Origin: Gemmatimonadota bacterium
GTDB lineage: Bacteria > Gemmatimonadota > Gemmatimonadetes > Longimicrobiales > Gaopeijiaceae
Assembly: GCA_039589315.1 (NCBI GenBank)
Contig: JBDHHQ010000039.1
Coordinates: 1 to 44,531, forward strand
Direction: 5' to 3'
DNA length: 44,531 nt
Shown here: in pieces, positions 19,576-27,477 of the stretch
How positions within the stretch are numbered: position 1 is the stretch's first letter
How the letters are laid out: each line of letters opens with the position of its first letter
Notes under the pieces: model-generated
Databases searched by the model: none
Told to the model about the DNA's origin: nothing
The model's input: the letters and a program-made list of their open reading frames with translations, nothing else
Made by a program: the position numbers and the translations under genes

Positions 19576-20526
19576 TCAGCCCTTGTTCGTCATCCACTGC
19601 GATTGGGGCAGCCGGACCAGCCAGGCGAGCCATGAGTAGTTGGAGGCCGAGATCAACGACCTCTCGTGGTTCAACGTGAACGCCTTGAGGCCGTAGGCGG
19701 GCGGCGTCACGCCACCGTGGCCTACGGCCTTGTTGCCGAATGGGCCCGTGTAGTGAGCCAGCTCATGCACGATGACGTCGGTCACGTCGAACAGGTTCTT
19801 GGCCGCGATCATTTTCGGACAATACGAGATCCCCTTGTGGGCCAGGTTGGCGCTCAGGAAGCCACCCGGGATGGCCGTGGCGATGGTGCCCGGCTTGCAC
19901 TTCGCCACGGGCTTGATCTGATTGAAGGCCACGAGCTGCACCACGGCGAATGGCATGCGGCCGAAGACCTCACCGATGTGCTGAACGGACCTCTTGGCCT
20001 TGATGTTGTTCACCGTCCTCAGCTTGAAGCAGCGGTCGACGAGATCGAAGTGCTTCTCGTTGTTCCCGCCCATGTCGCCGTTGAGGAAGGCGAGCGTGTG
20101 CACGAGGCTCTTCTGAGCCAGGAATATCCACTGGAGCGCCTGGGGGATGCTCGCGTCGATCTTGTCCTTGGCCTTCTTGGCCTCGCCGGACGAGGCGAAG
20201 GTGCTCTCCAGCGTCGAAATCGTTGCGAACCCGGGATCGATGCGCGCGTCGGCCTTCGAGGCGCCGAAGTGGTGGACCTGAAAGCCGTAGATGCCTCCCT
20301 CGGTTTTGGGTCCGGAAAGCCCGTCGACGGCGAGCTTGATCGTGGGTCCACCAAGCAGGACGGGGATCAGGTTCAGGGTCTGCTGAATCAGGGACACGTC
20401 CGGGCGGCGGTTGACACCCCCTCGGCCCACGGAGGCGGTGATCCCGATGCCCGTTCCGAGGGATTGCAGGCTGGAAGCGTCGGACGCCGCCTGATCAGCG
20501 GCGCCGCACTCGGAGAACTTGCCCAT
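19576..20526 (-). CDS. peptidoglycan-binding domain + HExxH zinc metallopeptidase (M35-like)
   Basis: ITASVGRGGVN..DVSLIQQTLN...LAVDGLSGPKT..I..FQ (PG_binding_1-like); VIVHELAH...AYG...SASNY. Confidence 0.75.
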   Translation of the reverse strand: MGKFSECGAADQAASDASSLQSLGTGIGITASVGRGGVNRRPDVSLIQQTLNLIPVLLGGPTIKLAVDGLSGPKTEGGIYGFQVHHFGASKADARIDPGFATISTLESTFASSGEAKKAKDKIDASIPQALQWIFLAQKSLVHTLAFLNGDMGGNNEKHFDLVDRCFKLRTVNNIKAKRSVQHIGEVFGRMPFAVVQLVAFNQIKPVAKCKPGTIATAIPGGFLSANLAHKGISYCPKMIAAKNLFDVTDVIVHELAHYTGPFGNKAVGHGGVTPPAYGLKAFTLNHERSLISASNYSWLAWLVRLPQSQWMTNKG

Positions 20527-20768
20527 CGTGACTGCCCCGTTCCGCGAGGATCAGACATGGAGCGTCCAGGCGGTCTGAATCCGTTCAGTATCGGTGGGAC
20601 CGGCGTCGTGACACAAGCTTGCAGGCCTGCCCATCTGATCCAGCCGGACGGGCTCGCTGCCGGCGTTATGCGCCGGGTCCCACGTCCGGCGCGATAGGTG
20701 CCGCAGTGGATCGCCGGCCCCACCTCCGCTGTGCCGTTGGGGAATCTGCGGTGGGTATTCGCCTCCGT

Positions 20769-20848
20769 CTACTCATTCCGCAGCGCGATGGTCGGATCCA
20801 CCACCAGGGCGCGCCGGGCGGTCAGCCAGGAGGCGAGGGCGGCTGCGC
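20769..20848 (-). pseudogene. C-terminal remnant of a second ADOP/ABC permease
   Basis: Reads AAALASWLTARRALVVDPTIALRNE*, the canonical permease C-terminus. Confidence 0.7.
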
Positions 20849-20939
20849 GTGCCGTGCCACCGGGAGGGAGGGCTCGAACCCCGGGCGTCTCATAGCCCCG
20901 GCGATCGGCGGGCCCGGCCCCGACGACCCGGAGCCGCCG

Positions 20940-23618
20940 TCACTCCACCCGCATCGCCTCCAGGGGATCCACCCGTGTGGCTCGTCGTGCCGGCACGAGA
21001 ATCGCGAGCCCGGCGACGACGAGCAGCGCGACACTCGCACCACCCAGACTGGCCAGATCGGCCGGGCTCACGCCCGGGATCAAGCTCCGGATGAGTCGGC
21101 CGGACGCCAGCGCGCCGCCGAATCCGAGGACGATTCCCACTACCGCCGCGACCAGGTTGCGGCGGGCCATGAGGGCCACCACGTCGTTGCCGCGGGCGCC
21201 GAGGGCCAGGCGGATCCCGACCTCGCGCCTCCTCCGTGCCACGGCGTACGACACGACGGCGTATACACCGACCGCCGACAGAACCAGCGCCACGAGTGCA
21301 AACGTGAGCAGAATCACCGCTTGGAAGCGGGGCCGAACGAGCTCTCGGTCCGCCTGGGCCGACAACGAGAACGGCGTGCCGAGAGACATGTCCGGATCCG
21401 CCGTGAGAAGGGCGTCCGTCACCGCCGTCGCCAGCGAAGCGGGCTCCCCCGACGTGCGCACGAGAAAGAACGTGGCGATCCGTCCGAGTTGACGGTTGGA
21501 CCAGTAGATCTCCGGGTACGGCGCCTGCCCGGGCACCATGGGCTGAACGTCGGCGACCACGCCCACGATCTCGAAGGACAGGTCCAGGTCGGGCAAGCGG
21601 ACGACCTCGCCCACCGCCTCGCCGTCCGCCCACGCCCTGCGGGCCAGGTTCTCATTCACCACCGCAACGGGAGCGACGTCCGGTCCGTCCGCCTCGGTGA
21701 ACTCGCGGCCCCGCACCATGGATAGTCCCAGGGTCTCGAAGTAGCGGGGGCCGACGTCATACCAGCGGGCCGAGGGCAAGGGGCCAGTCGGGTCCATGGC
21801 GTCCGTCGCGAAGGGGGTGGCGCCGTCCCCACCGCCGAACAACGGCCCAGCCGAGGCGGACGCCGCCATGGCGACCCCCGGGAGGGCGGTTACGAGCTCC
21901 TCGGCGCGGCGGATGACCGCCATGAACTCCTGGCGAGACTCGTATCTGCCGGGATCCAGGAAGCCACTCACGGCCAGGAGGGGCTCACGATCGAACCCGG
22001 GCTCCCACTCCAGGTAGGCCATGAAGCTGCGCGTGAGAAGCGCCGCGCCGCTGAGGAGCATGACCGAGACTGCGAGCTCGGCCACCACCAGGCCGCTCTG
22101 AAGCCGCGTGGACCGGGCACTGTCCCCGGAGCGCGCTCCGCCCTTGATGGCCTCGGCCAGCTCCCAGCCCGTAACCCGTAGGGCAGGCAAGGCCGCGAAC
22201 GCCACCGTCGCCACCGCGGACAGGACGACGACGAACAGCAGCACCCGCGCGTCCATGCTCACCTCGTCGAGCCTCGGGATCCCCGGAGGTGCCAGCGCCA
22301 ACACCGCGCGCGTGGCCCCCCTGGAAAGCGCCAACGCGAGTACCGCGGCGAGACCGGAAAGGACCAGGCTCTCCGTCAGGATCTCCCTCACGAGCCTGGT
22401 CCTCTCCGCCCCCAGGGCGGCGCGGACGGCCAGCTCCTGCCGGCGGCCGAGCCCCCGGGCCAGCAGGAGGTTGGCCACATTGGCGCACACGACCAGCAGC
22501 AGCAGGCCGGCAGCTCCCAGGAAGGCGAGGAGCACAGGACGCGTGTCCCCCACCACCTCGCGAAGCAGTGGCTGGACGCGGAGCCGCCACTCGTCGTTCA
22601 CCTCGTCGTGTCGTTCGCCGATGCCCGCGTAGATCCCGGTCAGCTCGGCCGACGCTCCCGCCACGGTAGCGCCCTCTGCCAGGCGACCCACGGCGCTAAA
22701 TCCCCGCCACCCTCTCACGTCCGGAGCGAGAGGGTCGAAGTGCGGCGGGGTCCACACCTCGATCCCCCTCAGGAAGGGTACGTCGAAGCGCGGCGGCAGC
22801 ACGCCAACGACCTGGTACGTATTCCCGCTCAGATTGACGGCCGAACCGACGACGCCAGGATCGGATCCGTAGCGGGTCGTCCAGAACGCGTGGCTCAGCA
22901 GGACGACCTTGTCGTTGTCGGGTCCGAACTCGTCGTCGGTGAAGATGCGCCCCACCGCCGGCCGGACCCCCAGCGCCCTGAGGAAGCCCGCCGAGGCCAG
23001 ACCGCCGCGCACGCCTTCCGCGCCCTGGCCGTCGGTGAGGGCGAAGGGCCATCCTCTGCCGATACCCAGCTCGGCCAGGGTGGTCGAGCTCCGACGGAAG
23101 TCCTCGGTGTTGCCCGGCGAGGCGATGCAGTAGCCCTCGATTCTCGGATGGTCCTCGCACACGATCACCAGGCGATGGGACTCGGGGAGATCGAGGGGCC
23201 GGAACACGACCGAGTCCACGACGGTGAAGATGGCCGTGGCCGCCGTCATCCCGACTGCGAGAACGAGAAGCGCCGGAAGCGTGAAACCGGGGCTCTTCAC
23301 GAGCGACCGGAAAGAGAGCCGTACCTGACGCGCCATGCTCACCATGCCTCCCCCCTTTCCCGCCCTCCGCACTTCGGCCGGTCCCGGCGCCGGCGCGAAG
23401 CCGCGGAACCTCGCCCCCGTGAGCCGCCGCGCACCGTACGATGCCGAGAGTCGAATCGCGTGGATCCAGTACCACCGCCTGGCCCTGCGTACGCCACCGG
23501 CCTCCGCCACCCGCTGCGCGAACATCTCGTGGAGGTCACCCAGCACGCTCTCCCGGATGCCTCCACCCGGGAGAAAGACCGAGACGAGAGCCTCTGCGGC
23601 TCGCGGCGGCCTCGGCAC
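20940..23618 (-). CDS. ADOP family duplicated (MacB/FtsX-like) orphan permease
   Basis: RSLVKSPGFT, CANVANLLLAR...ELAVRAALGA, PARRATRVDPLEAMRVE; GTG start 4 nt after the PadR stop; no ATPase nearby. Confidence 0.92.
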   Translation of the reverse strand: MPRPPRAAEALVSVFLPGGGIRESVLGDLHEMFAQRVAEAGGVRRARRWYWIHAIRLSASYGARRLTGARFRGFAPAPGPAEVRRAGKGGGMVSMARQVRLSFRSLVKSPGFTLPALLVLAVGMTAATAIFTVVDSVVFRPLDLPESHRLVIVCEDHPRIEGYCIASPGNTEDFRRSSTTLAELGIGRGWPFALTDGQGAEGVRGGLASAGFLRALGVRPAVGRIFTDDEFGPDNDKVVLLSHAFWTTRYGSDPGVVGSAVNLSGNTYQVVGVLPPRFDVPFLRGIEVWTPPHFDPLAPDVRGWRGFSAVGRLAEGATVAGASAELTGIYAGIGERHDEVNDEWRLRVQPLLREVVGDTRPVLLAFLGAAGLLLLVVCANVANLLLARGLGRRQELAVRAALGAERTRLVREILTESLVLSGLAAVLALALSRGATRAVLALAPPGIPRLDEVSMDARVLLFVVVLSAVATVAFAALPALRVTGWELAEAIKGGARSGDSARSTRLQSGLVVAELAVSVMLLSGAALLTRSFMAYLEWEPGFDREPLLAVSGFLDPGRYESRQEFMAVIRRAEELVTALPGVAMAASASAGPLFGGGDGATPFATDAMDPTGPLPSARWYDVGPRYFETLGLSMVRGREFTEADGPDVAPVAVVNENLARRAWADGEAVGEVVRLPDLDLSFEIVGVVADVQPMVPGQAPYPEIYWSNRQLGRIATFFLVRTSGEPASLATAVTDALLTADPDMSLGTPFSLSAQADRELVRPRFQAVILLTFALVALVLSAVGVYAVVSYAVARRRREVGIRLALGARGNDVVALMARRNLVAAVVGIVLGFGGALASGRLIRSLIPGVSPADLASLGGASVALLVVAGLAILVPARRATRVDPLEAMRVE

Positions 23619-23622
23619 TGAA

Positions 23623-23961
23623 TCAAGATCCCTTCCCGCCGGGAACCAGCTCCATGCCGTCCCACATGCGCATCCACTCCTGCCGCGTGCGCTCCAACGC
23701 CGCACGTCCCTCCGGTGTCACGGTCATGAACCGCTTGCGACGGCCGCCGCGCCCGGCCTCGGGGTCCGCCAGACGCGACAGCAGCATGCCCTTCTCCTCC
23801 AGCCGATCCAGGGTCGCGTACAGGGCTCCCGGGGTCACCCGGCGATCCACGCGCTCGTTGAGCTCGTCGAGGATTGTCGTTCCGTACCCCTTGCCGTCCA
23901 GGCGGAGAACCGCCCAGAGCACGAGCTGCTCGAGCTCCCCGAGGTAGGTCCGGCGTCCCAT
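23623..23961 (-). CDS. PadR family transcriptional regulator
   Basis: LGELEQLVL...GYG...GALYATLDRLEEKG...RGGRRKRF..T.EG. Confidence 0.95.
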   Translation of the reverse strand: MGRRTYLGELEQLVLWAVLRLDGKGYGTTILDELNERVDRRVTPGALYATLDRLEEKGMLLSRLADPEAGRGGRRKRFMTVTPEGRAALERTRQEWMRMWDGMELVPGGKGS

Positions 23962-23987
23962 GGCTGTTGCTCGCGTCTCGTGAGGCC

Positions 23988-24041
23988 AATTCTAGAAACT
24001 AGAGTTGAATGAACTCTAGATTATAGAGTTGACGGGGTCAA
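23988..24041 (-). promoter_or_regulatory. sigma70 promoter with two tandem inverted-repeat operators
   Basis: Minus-strand TTGACC-N17-TAGAGT (24041-24013); AATTCTA-N5-TAGAGTT (23988-24006) and AACTCTA-N5-TAGAGTT (24012-24030). Confidence 0.75.
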
Positions 24042-24043
24042 CC

Positions 24044-24226
24044 CCCCCATCCGTCGTTCGGCTCATCGCGCCGCCGGCCCGACTGCTCAACCCGCGGATC
24101 GGCGACTTCATGTCCTTCGCAGCCGAAGTCTTCACGCACGACCTGGTCGTGCCCGCACACGGAAGCCGCAGGCTCGCCGACTACTACGCCGAAATGGCGG
24201 ACGGGCTAGGTCGCGAGGGCGGCTGA
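24044..24226 (+). pseudogene. C-terminal fragment of an SDR paralog of 2344..3225
   Basis: RLLNPRIGDFMSFAAEVFTHDLVVPAHGSRRLADYY aligns with RPINPRMAELTAFFLEVSTHDLIVPSIGTRTLGAYY. Confidence 0.75.
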
Positions 24227-24386
24227 CTGTAGTCCGGGTCGACTTCATCGAGATGTACGACCAGGACTGCTGCCGCAGGGCCGAGTACCGGCGCTAGAGG
24301 CGCGTTCCTCCCCGTCACGAATCACCCTCGTCAGTCGTGCTTCCGGGTGACCTCGATTCGAGCATCCCCGCGTCCCGTCACGACGA

Positions 24387-24914
24387 ATGCCTCTAATTCG
24401 ACGCTCCGCCCTGGCCTGCGCACTCTCGGTCCTGCTGTCGTGCGCCGGGCCCTTCGCCCCGGATCCCGAAACTGGCCCACCGTTCGTCACCAGCGAATCC
24501 ACCTACGTCCTGCGGCCCACTCAGGAAGGGGTGACGGTGGACATCGCCTTCACGTTCGTGAACCGTACGGGGGCCGCGATCTTCGTCTTGAACTGCAACT
24601 GGATCACCTCGCTTCATCTCGAACAGGACGTGGGCGGCGTCTGGACCTTCGCGTGGGCCGGTGCGGTCCCGGACTGTCTGAGCCCTCCCATCGAGCTTCG
24701 CGTGGGAGACGTGTTCAGCGACACGCTCCACGTGTTCGCGGGTGATCCCTCCGGACCGGTCGAGCCCAAGTTCGAGGTCCACCCGGTGACGGGCCGCTAC
24801 CGTCTGGTCTGGAACGCTCTCTTCTGGTCGCCGGAGGACGCCACTTTTCCGTACGGCGCGGAGATCGCCAAAGAGCTGCGGACGTCCGAGCCCTTCGAGA
24901 TCGTCGAGCCCTGA
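24387..24914 (+). CDS. putative lipoprotein (Ig-like fold)
   Basis: VLLSC lipobox; beta-rich; GC3 bias. Confidence 0.75.
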   Translation: MPLIRRSALACALSVLLSCAGPFAPDPETGPPFVTSESTYVLRPTQEGVTVDIAFTFVNRTGAAIFVLNCNWITSLHLEQDVGGVWTFAWAGAVPDCLSPPIELRVGDVFSDTLHVFAGDPSGPVEPKFEVHPVTGRYRLVWNALFWSPEDATFPYGAEIAKELRTSEPFEIVEP

Positions 24915-25237
24915 TGACCGGATCCAGGGCTGCCCTGGCGCTGGCGGTCGCGATCGGCGCCGCATGCTCGACGCCGACGGACTCGTGCGCCTGCAGTCGG
25001 TTCCTGCCCTTCGCACGCGTGGCCGGCACGGCCGCAGATTCCGGCGGCGCGGCGATCTCCGACGTAATCGTCGCGGCGAAACTGTCGGACACCACGTGCA
25101 GCCACCTCGGGACTCGCCCGACCCCTTTCCAACCTCCGGGACCGTCGACCTGTGGTTGTCCGCTTTTGACGGGTCCGCTCGGAGCAGAGGAACACCAGGC
25201 CCCGTCAAAGGTAAAAAATTTTTCAGTTGTCCCTTGA
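24914..25237 (+). CDS. putative lipoprotein, probably C-terminally truncated
   Basis: ATG overlaps the upstream stop; IGAAC lipobox; composition degrades after about 25130. Confidence 0.45.
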   Translation: MTGSRAALALAVAIGAACSTPTDSCACSRFLPFARVAGTAADSGGAAISDVIVAAKLSDTTCSHLGTRPTPFQPPGPSTCGCPLLTGPLGAEEHQAPSKVKNFSVVP

Positions 25238-25251
25238 ACGAGGCCCGGCCG

Positions 25252-26571
25252 ATGCTCACCGATGGCGCTGTCCGTCCCCGCCCGCTGGATCATCGCACCG
25301 TCACACACGCGGCGGAGTACGCCGTGGCCGTCGCCCTGGTCGGGCTCGCGGCCTGCGCTCCGCCGCCAGGAGACGAGCCGCTCAAGGCTCTGGTCCTGCT
25401 GCCGGGCGCGGAGGTCCCCCAGGACCTGAACCACTTCGGGCCCGAATGGTCGCCGGACGGCTCGACGATCATCTTCTCGGGTCAAGTGGACGGTGTACGG
25501 CAGGTCCACGCCATGGACGCGGACGGCTCGAATCAGCGGACTCTGACGCAGGGAGAAGGCCCGAACGGGGCTGCCATCTGGTCGCCGGACGGTACCCGGA
25601 TCGCGTTCGTCTCGGAGCGCGGCGAAAGCCCGAAGATTCTCGTCATGAACGCCGACGGGAGTGATCCACGTCCGCTCGGCATCGAGACCGGGGGTGGAGG
25701 GGAGCGGCCCGATTGGTCCCCGGACGGCTCCCGACTCGTCTTCCACGCGGAGTCGGGGGGAGGCTTCGATCTCTGGACCGTTGCAGTGGACGGATCGAGC
25801 CGGGCTCAGCTCACGGATACCGAGGGCAACGAGCAGAATCCCGCCTGGTCACCCGACGGATCCCGCGTCGCCTACATGGCCGATCACGACGGCGACTGGG
25901 AGATCCACGTGCTCCCTCTGGAGGACCGCGGCTCGGTCACGGTCCTGACCCGGAACGAGGGCGGCTACGACGGCTATCCGCAGTGGTCGCCCGACGGCTC
26001 TCGGATCGCTTTCATTTCGGACCGGGACGGTTGGGCGATCTACACGATGAACGCGGACGGCAGCGAACAGACCCGCCTCACCACCGCCCCCGACTGGAAC
26101 TTCGACCCCCACTGGTCACCCGACGGATCGCAGATCGCCTTCTCGTCCAGGCGCGATGGCCGCCGGGGCATCTACACCATGGGCGCCGATGGGTCGAATC
26201 AGACCAAGCTCACCAACCGAACGATGAGCCAGTTCGTCGACGTCGCGCGCAACGACGGCGTGGACGTGGCAATCCGGCGGTATAGGGCGAGCGTGGCTGC
26301 CCAACCGGACGCGTTCTTCTTCCTTCCGGCCGAGGTGAACCTGCTGGCTCGGGCCGAGCTCGATGCCGGCCGGCCGGCCGCCGGCCTCGCCCTGCTGGAG
26401 CTCAACACCGAGGCGTATCCAGAATCGGCCGGCAACCACCGGAGCCTTGCCGAAGCTCTGCTCGCCTCGGGCGATACGGCGCGGGCCATCGCCAGCTATC
26501 GACGCTTGCTGGAGATCGACAGCCAGGACGAGCGTGCGCAGGCGGCGCTGGAGGCCTTGATACCGGAGTGA
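25252..26571 (+). CDS. TolB-like PD40-repeat lipoprotein with C-terminal TPR
   Basis: GLAAC lipobox; six WSPDG repeats; TPR-like tail. Start approximate. Confidence 0.88.
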   Translation: MLTDGAVRPRPLDHRTVTHAAEYAVAVALVGLAACAPPPGDEPLKALVLLPGAEVPQDLNHFGPEWSPDGSTIIFSGQVDGVRQVHAMDADGSNQRTLTQGEGPNGAAIWSPDGTRIAFVSERGESPKILVMNADGSDPRPLGIETGGGGERPDWSPDGSRLVFHAESGGGFDLWTVAVDGSSRAQLTDTEGNEQNPAWSPDGSRVAYMADHDGDWEIHVLPLEDRGSVTVLTRNEGGYDGYPQWSPDGSRIAFISDRDGWAIYTMNADGSEQTRLTTAPDWNFDPHWSPDGSQIAFSSRRDGRRGIYTMGADGSNQTKLTNRTMSQFVDVARNDGVDVAIRRYRASVAAQPDAFFFLPAEVNLLARAELDAGRPAAGLALLELNTEAYPESAGNHRSLAEALLASGDTARAIASYRRLLEIDSQDERAQAALEALIPE

Positions 26572-26913
26572 GCGGTGGACGGGAACGAGGGAGCAGGCGA
26601 CGTCGACATGCGTTGACTCGACGACATCGCGTGGTCCCTGATTGCTCACAGCCGGTCGCGAGTCACGCAGCCAGGGCCGCGGCGAGCAACCGAGGACGAT
26701 TCGCAAAGTCCCGCGTGGGTTGACCCCTTGTTCATTACGTGTGCCTCGCCACCGGGCTCGCCGGCACCTTATACTTGCATTTGGCATTCGGACGTGGACG
26801 CCCAGGGGGGGCCTCGTCCAGCCGCTCGGGGCAGCATTTTTCGGCTGCCTCTACCCAGTGTGACGAGGACCCGCCTCGAATCGCGCCACGCGGGAGCGCA
26901 TGCCGAGCGGACC

Positions 26914-27477
26914 ATGTCAGACACAAACGACACGACAGAGCTGTTACAGGCGCTGCGGCAGGGTGACCCTGGTGCGCTGGATCGCCTGATGCCCGAGGTC
27001 TATGACGAGCTACACCGCATCGCGCATCGCGAGCTGTCGCGGCAGGGTGCCGGAGCGACGCTCCGCACGACGGGCCTGATCCACGAGGCGTACCTCAAGC
27101 TGGTCGACCAGACCCGCGTCGCCGTCGACGATCGAGCCCACTTCCTGGCGCTGGCTGCAACGGCGATGCGACACATCGTGATCGACTACGCGCGCAGTCG
27201 GGCCACGCAGAAGCGGGGTGGGAGCTGGCAAAGGATCTCCTTCGACGAGGCGCTCTTTGGCTCCGACGAGCGACTCACGGAGGCGCTCGAGCTCGACGAA
27301 GCCCTGACGCGTTTGGAGCGCTTCGATGAGCGGCTCAGTAAGGTGGTCGAATGCCGCTACTTCGGCGGGTTGACCGTCGACGAGACCGCCGTAGCGCTTG
27401 GAGTGGGCCCGCGTACCGTCAACCGTGCATGGCAGAAGGCGAAGGCCTGGCTGTACCGGGAGATCCATGAAGCCTAG
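26914..27477 (+). CDS. ECF sigma factor, ECF43/TIGR02999-like
   Basis: VYDELHRIAHREL, TLRTTGLIHEAYLKL, VVECRYFGGLT; overlaps the kinase start. Confidence 0.93.
   Translation: MSDTNDTTELLQALRQGDPGALDRLMPEVYDELHRIAHRELSRQGAGATLRTTGLIHEAYLKLVDQTRVAVDDRAHFLALAATAMRHIVIDYARSRATQKRGGSWQRISFDEALFGSDERLTEALELDEALTRLERFDERLSKVVECRYFGGLTVDETAVALGVGPRTVNRAWQKAKAWLYREIHEA

Noticed and set aside
20853..20890. tRNA-like GGTTCGAGCCC on the minus strand
   Set aside because: T-stem and acceptor stem do not pair; no anticodon arm.
26655..26730. Possible c-di-GMP-I riboswitch upstream of the ECF gene (GTCACGCA, CGCAAAG, GGGTTGACC)
   Set aside because: Lacks the GGCAAACC element and GNRA tetraloop/receptor; stems do not pair convincingly.
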